From NCBI GenBank assembly GCA_024626585.2, contig JANKJI020000002.1:269710794-269732537 (forward strand): 21,744 bases of DNA. The letters run 5' to 3'. Position numbers and translations under genes: made by a program. Numbering within the stretch: the first letter of the stretch is position 1; each line of letters opens with the position of its first letter. Of this stretch, positions 20,825-21,744 are shown in pieces. This stretch comes from Ginkgo biloba. Taxonomy: Eukaryota > Plantae > Ginkgophyta. A model generated the notes under the pieces. That model worked only from the letters and a program-made list of their open reading frames with translations. It had not been told where the DNA came from and made no database searches.

Positions 20825-21744
20825 ATGGAGGAAATAGTAAGTAAAATAGAGGGGTTAATAGTTAGAAAGGGGGCCACAAAAGAAGAACATGACCCAGAAA
20901 GTAACCTAGAAGAGGTACATGAGCCTAGAGAGGCATGTGGGAGTTTTGTCCCCAAGGTGGAAGTCTGTAAATTTGACGAAAGAGATGTACGGACTTGGCT
21001 CAACCANNNNNNNNNNNNNNNNNNNNNNNNNNNNNNGTAGCCATAGATAAGAAGATTTCCTTGGCATCACTTCACATGGAGACGAAGCCCTTCTAGTGGT
21101 TCCAATGGATGGAAAAGAAGTGGGTAAGACTATCGTATAGGTGGAAAAATTTCACCGAAGACCTCATCAACCAATACGATAACATATGGGAAGCAGACTA
21201 CTTTAGCTAGCTGACCAAAATCCTACAGGTGAGCTCTGTCATGGAGTCAACACCAAAAACTTNNNNNNNNNNNNNNNNNGAGTTGTGTATTGGGGGCATG
21301 AAAGAAGATATTAGACATGAGTTGAGGATCCTAAAGCCCTCACCCATATCCACAACCATTCAGATGGCAAAACATATTGAAGCAAAGAATCGGGTCTCAC
21401 GAAGATATAGTGGACCCTCCAACTTCAAGGAAAATGGGAGACCTGCAGACTCTAGAGAAGGAACCAAAGGGAATGAATCCAAACTTCCTTGGAGAATAAC
21501 AACCCAAGTGTTGGACGAAAGAAGAGCTAAGGGACTATGTTACAAATTTAATAGCAAATGGTCCAGAGGGCAAATATGTGGAGAACAAGCTGTTCATTAT
21601 CGAGGATTGCGTGGAAGAAGAGGACGCAATGGAATTGCCTCCCATTGAGGATGATGATGAATTAGAAGGATTTCCCACCCCATCATTGCATGCCCTGGTA
21701 AGCATCATCGCACCCTAGACACTCAAGGTGGAAGGTTATATTAA
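20825..21744 (+). pseudogene. Decayed Ty3/gypsy chromovirus (Reina/IFG7-like) gag and start of protease, running off the window
   Basis: PKVEVCKFDERDVRTWL...KKISLASLHME...WFQWM...WKNFTEDLI...IGGMKEDIRHELRILKP...ITTQVLDERRAKGLCYKFNSKWSRGQIC (degenerate zinc knuckle)...SLHALVSIIAP*TLKVEGYI. Confidence 0.9.

Noticed and set aside
1355-21279. Recurrent 100-N runs and ORFs spanning them
   Set aside because: Scaffolding gaps of arbitrary size. Frames and distances across them are not meaningful.

Overview
Gappy draft plant nuclear sequence, probably gymnosperm. That assignment is inferred from the retrotransposon types, the long LTRs, the frame-preserving decay and the TE-filled introns. One host gene is present on the + strand: a cinnamoyl-CoA-reductase-like extended SDR (At5g58490-type, lacking the NWYCY motif of bona fide CCR). 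Its five GT-AG exons (13096-18126, 274 codons) are cleanly spliced, but the expected last exon is not in the window. The rest is nested, decayed Ty3/gypsy material: CRM-type LTRs, gag and integrase/chromodomain, a Tat/Athila-type RNaseH-integrase junction, a Reina/IFG7-like gag-protease, a duplicated segment carrying a plant-mobile-domain-like accessory ORF, and an unidentified decayed ~445-codon frame at the left end. The most unusual structure lies on the minus strand at 6456-8773. It reads INT-chromodomain, PPT, a 1.5 kb LTR, PBS, a 254-bp non-coding core, PPT, then a second LTR start, i.e. a coding CRM element apparently sharing an LTR with a miniature non-autonomous unit. I see no convincing evidence of a wholly new biological system. 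All family assignments come from manual translation and motif recognition, not database searches.
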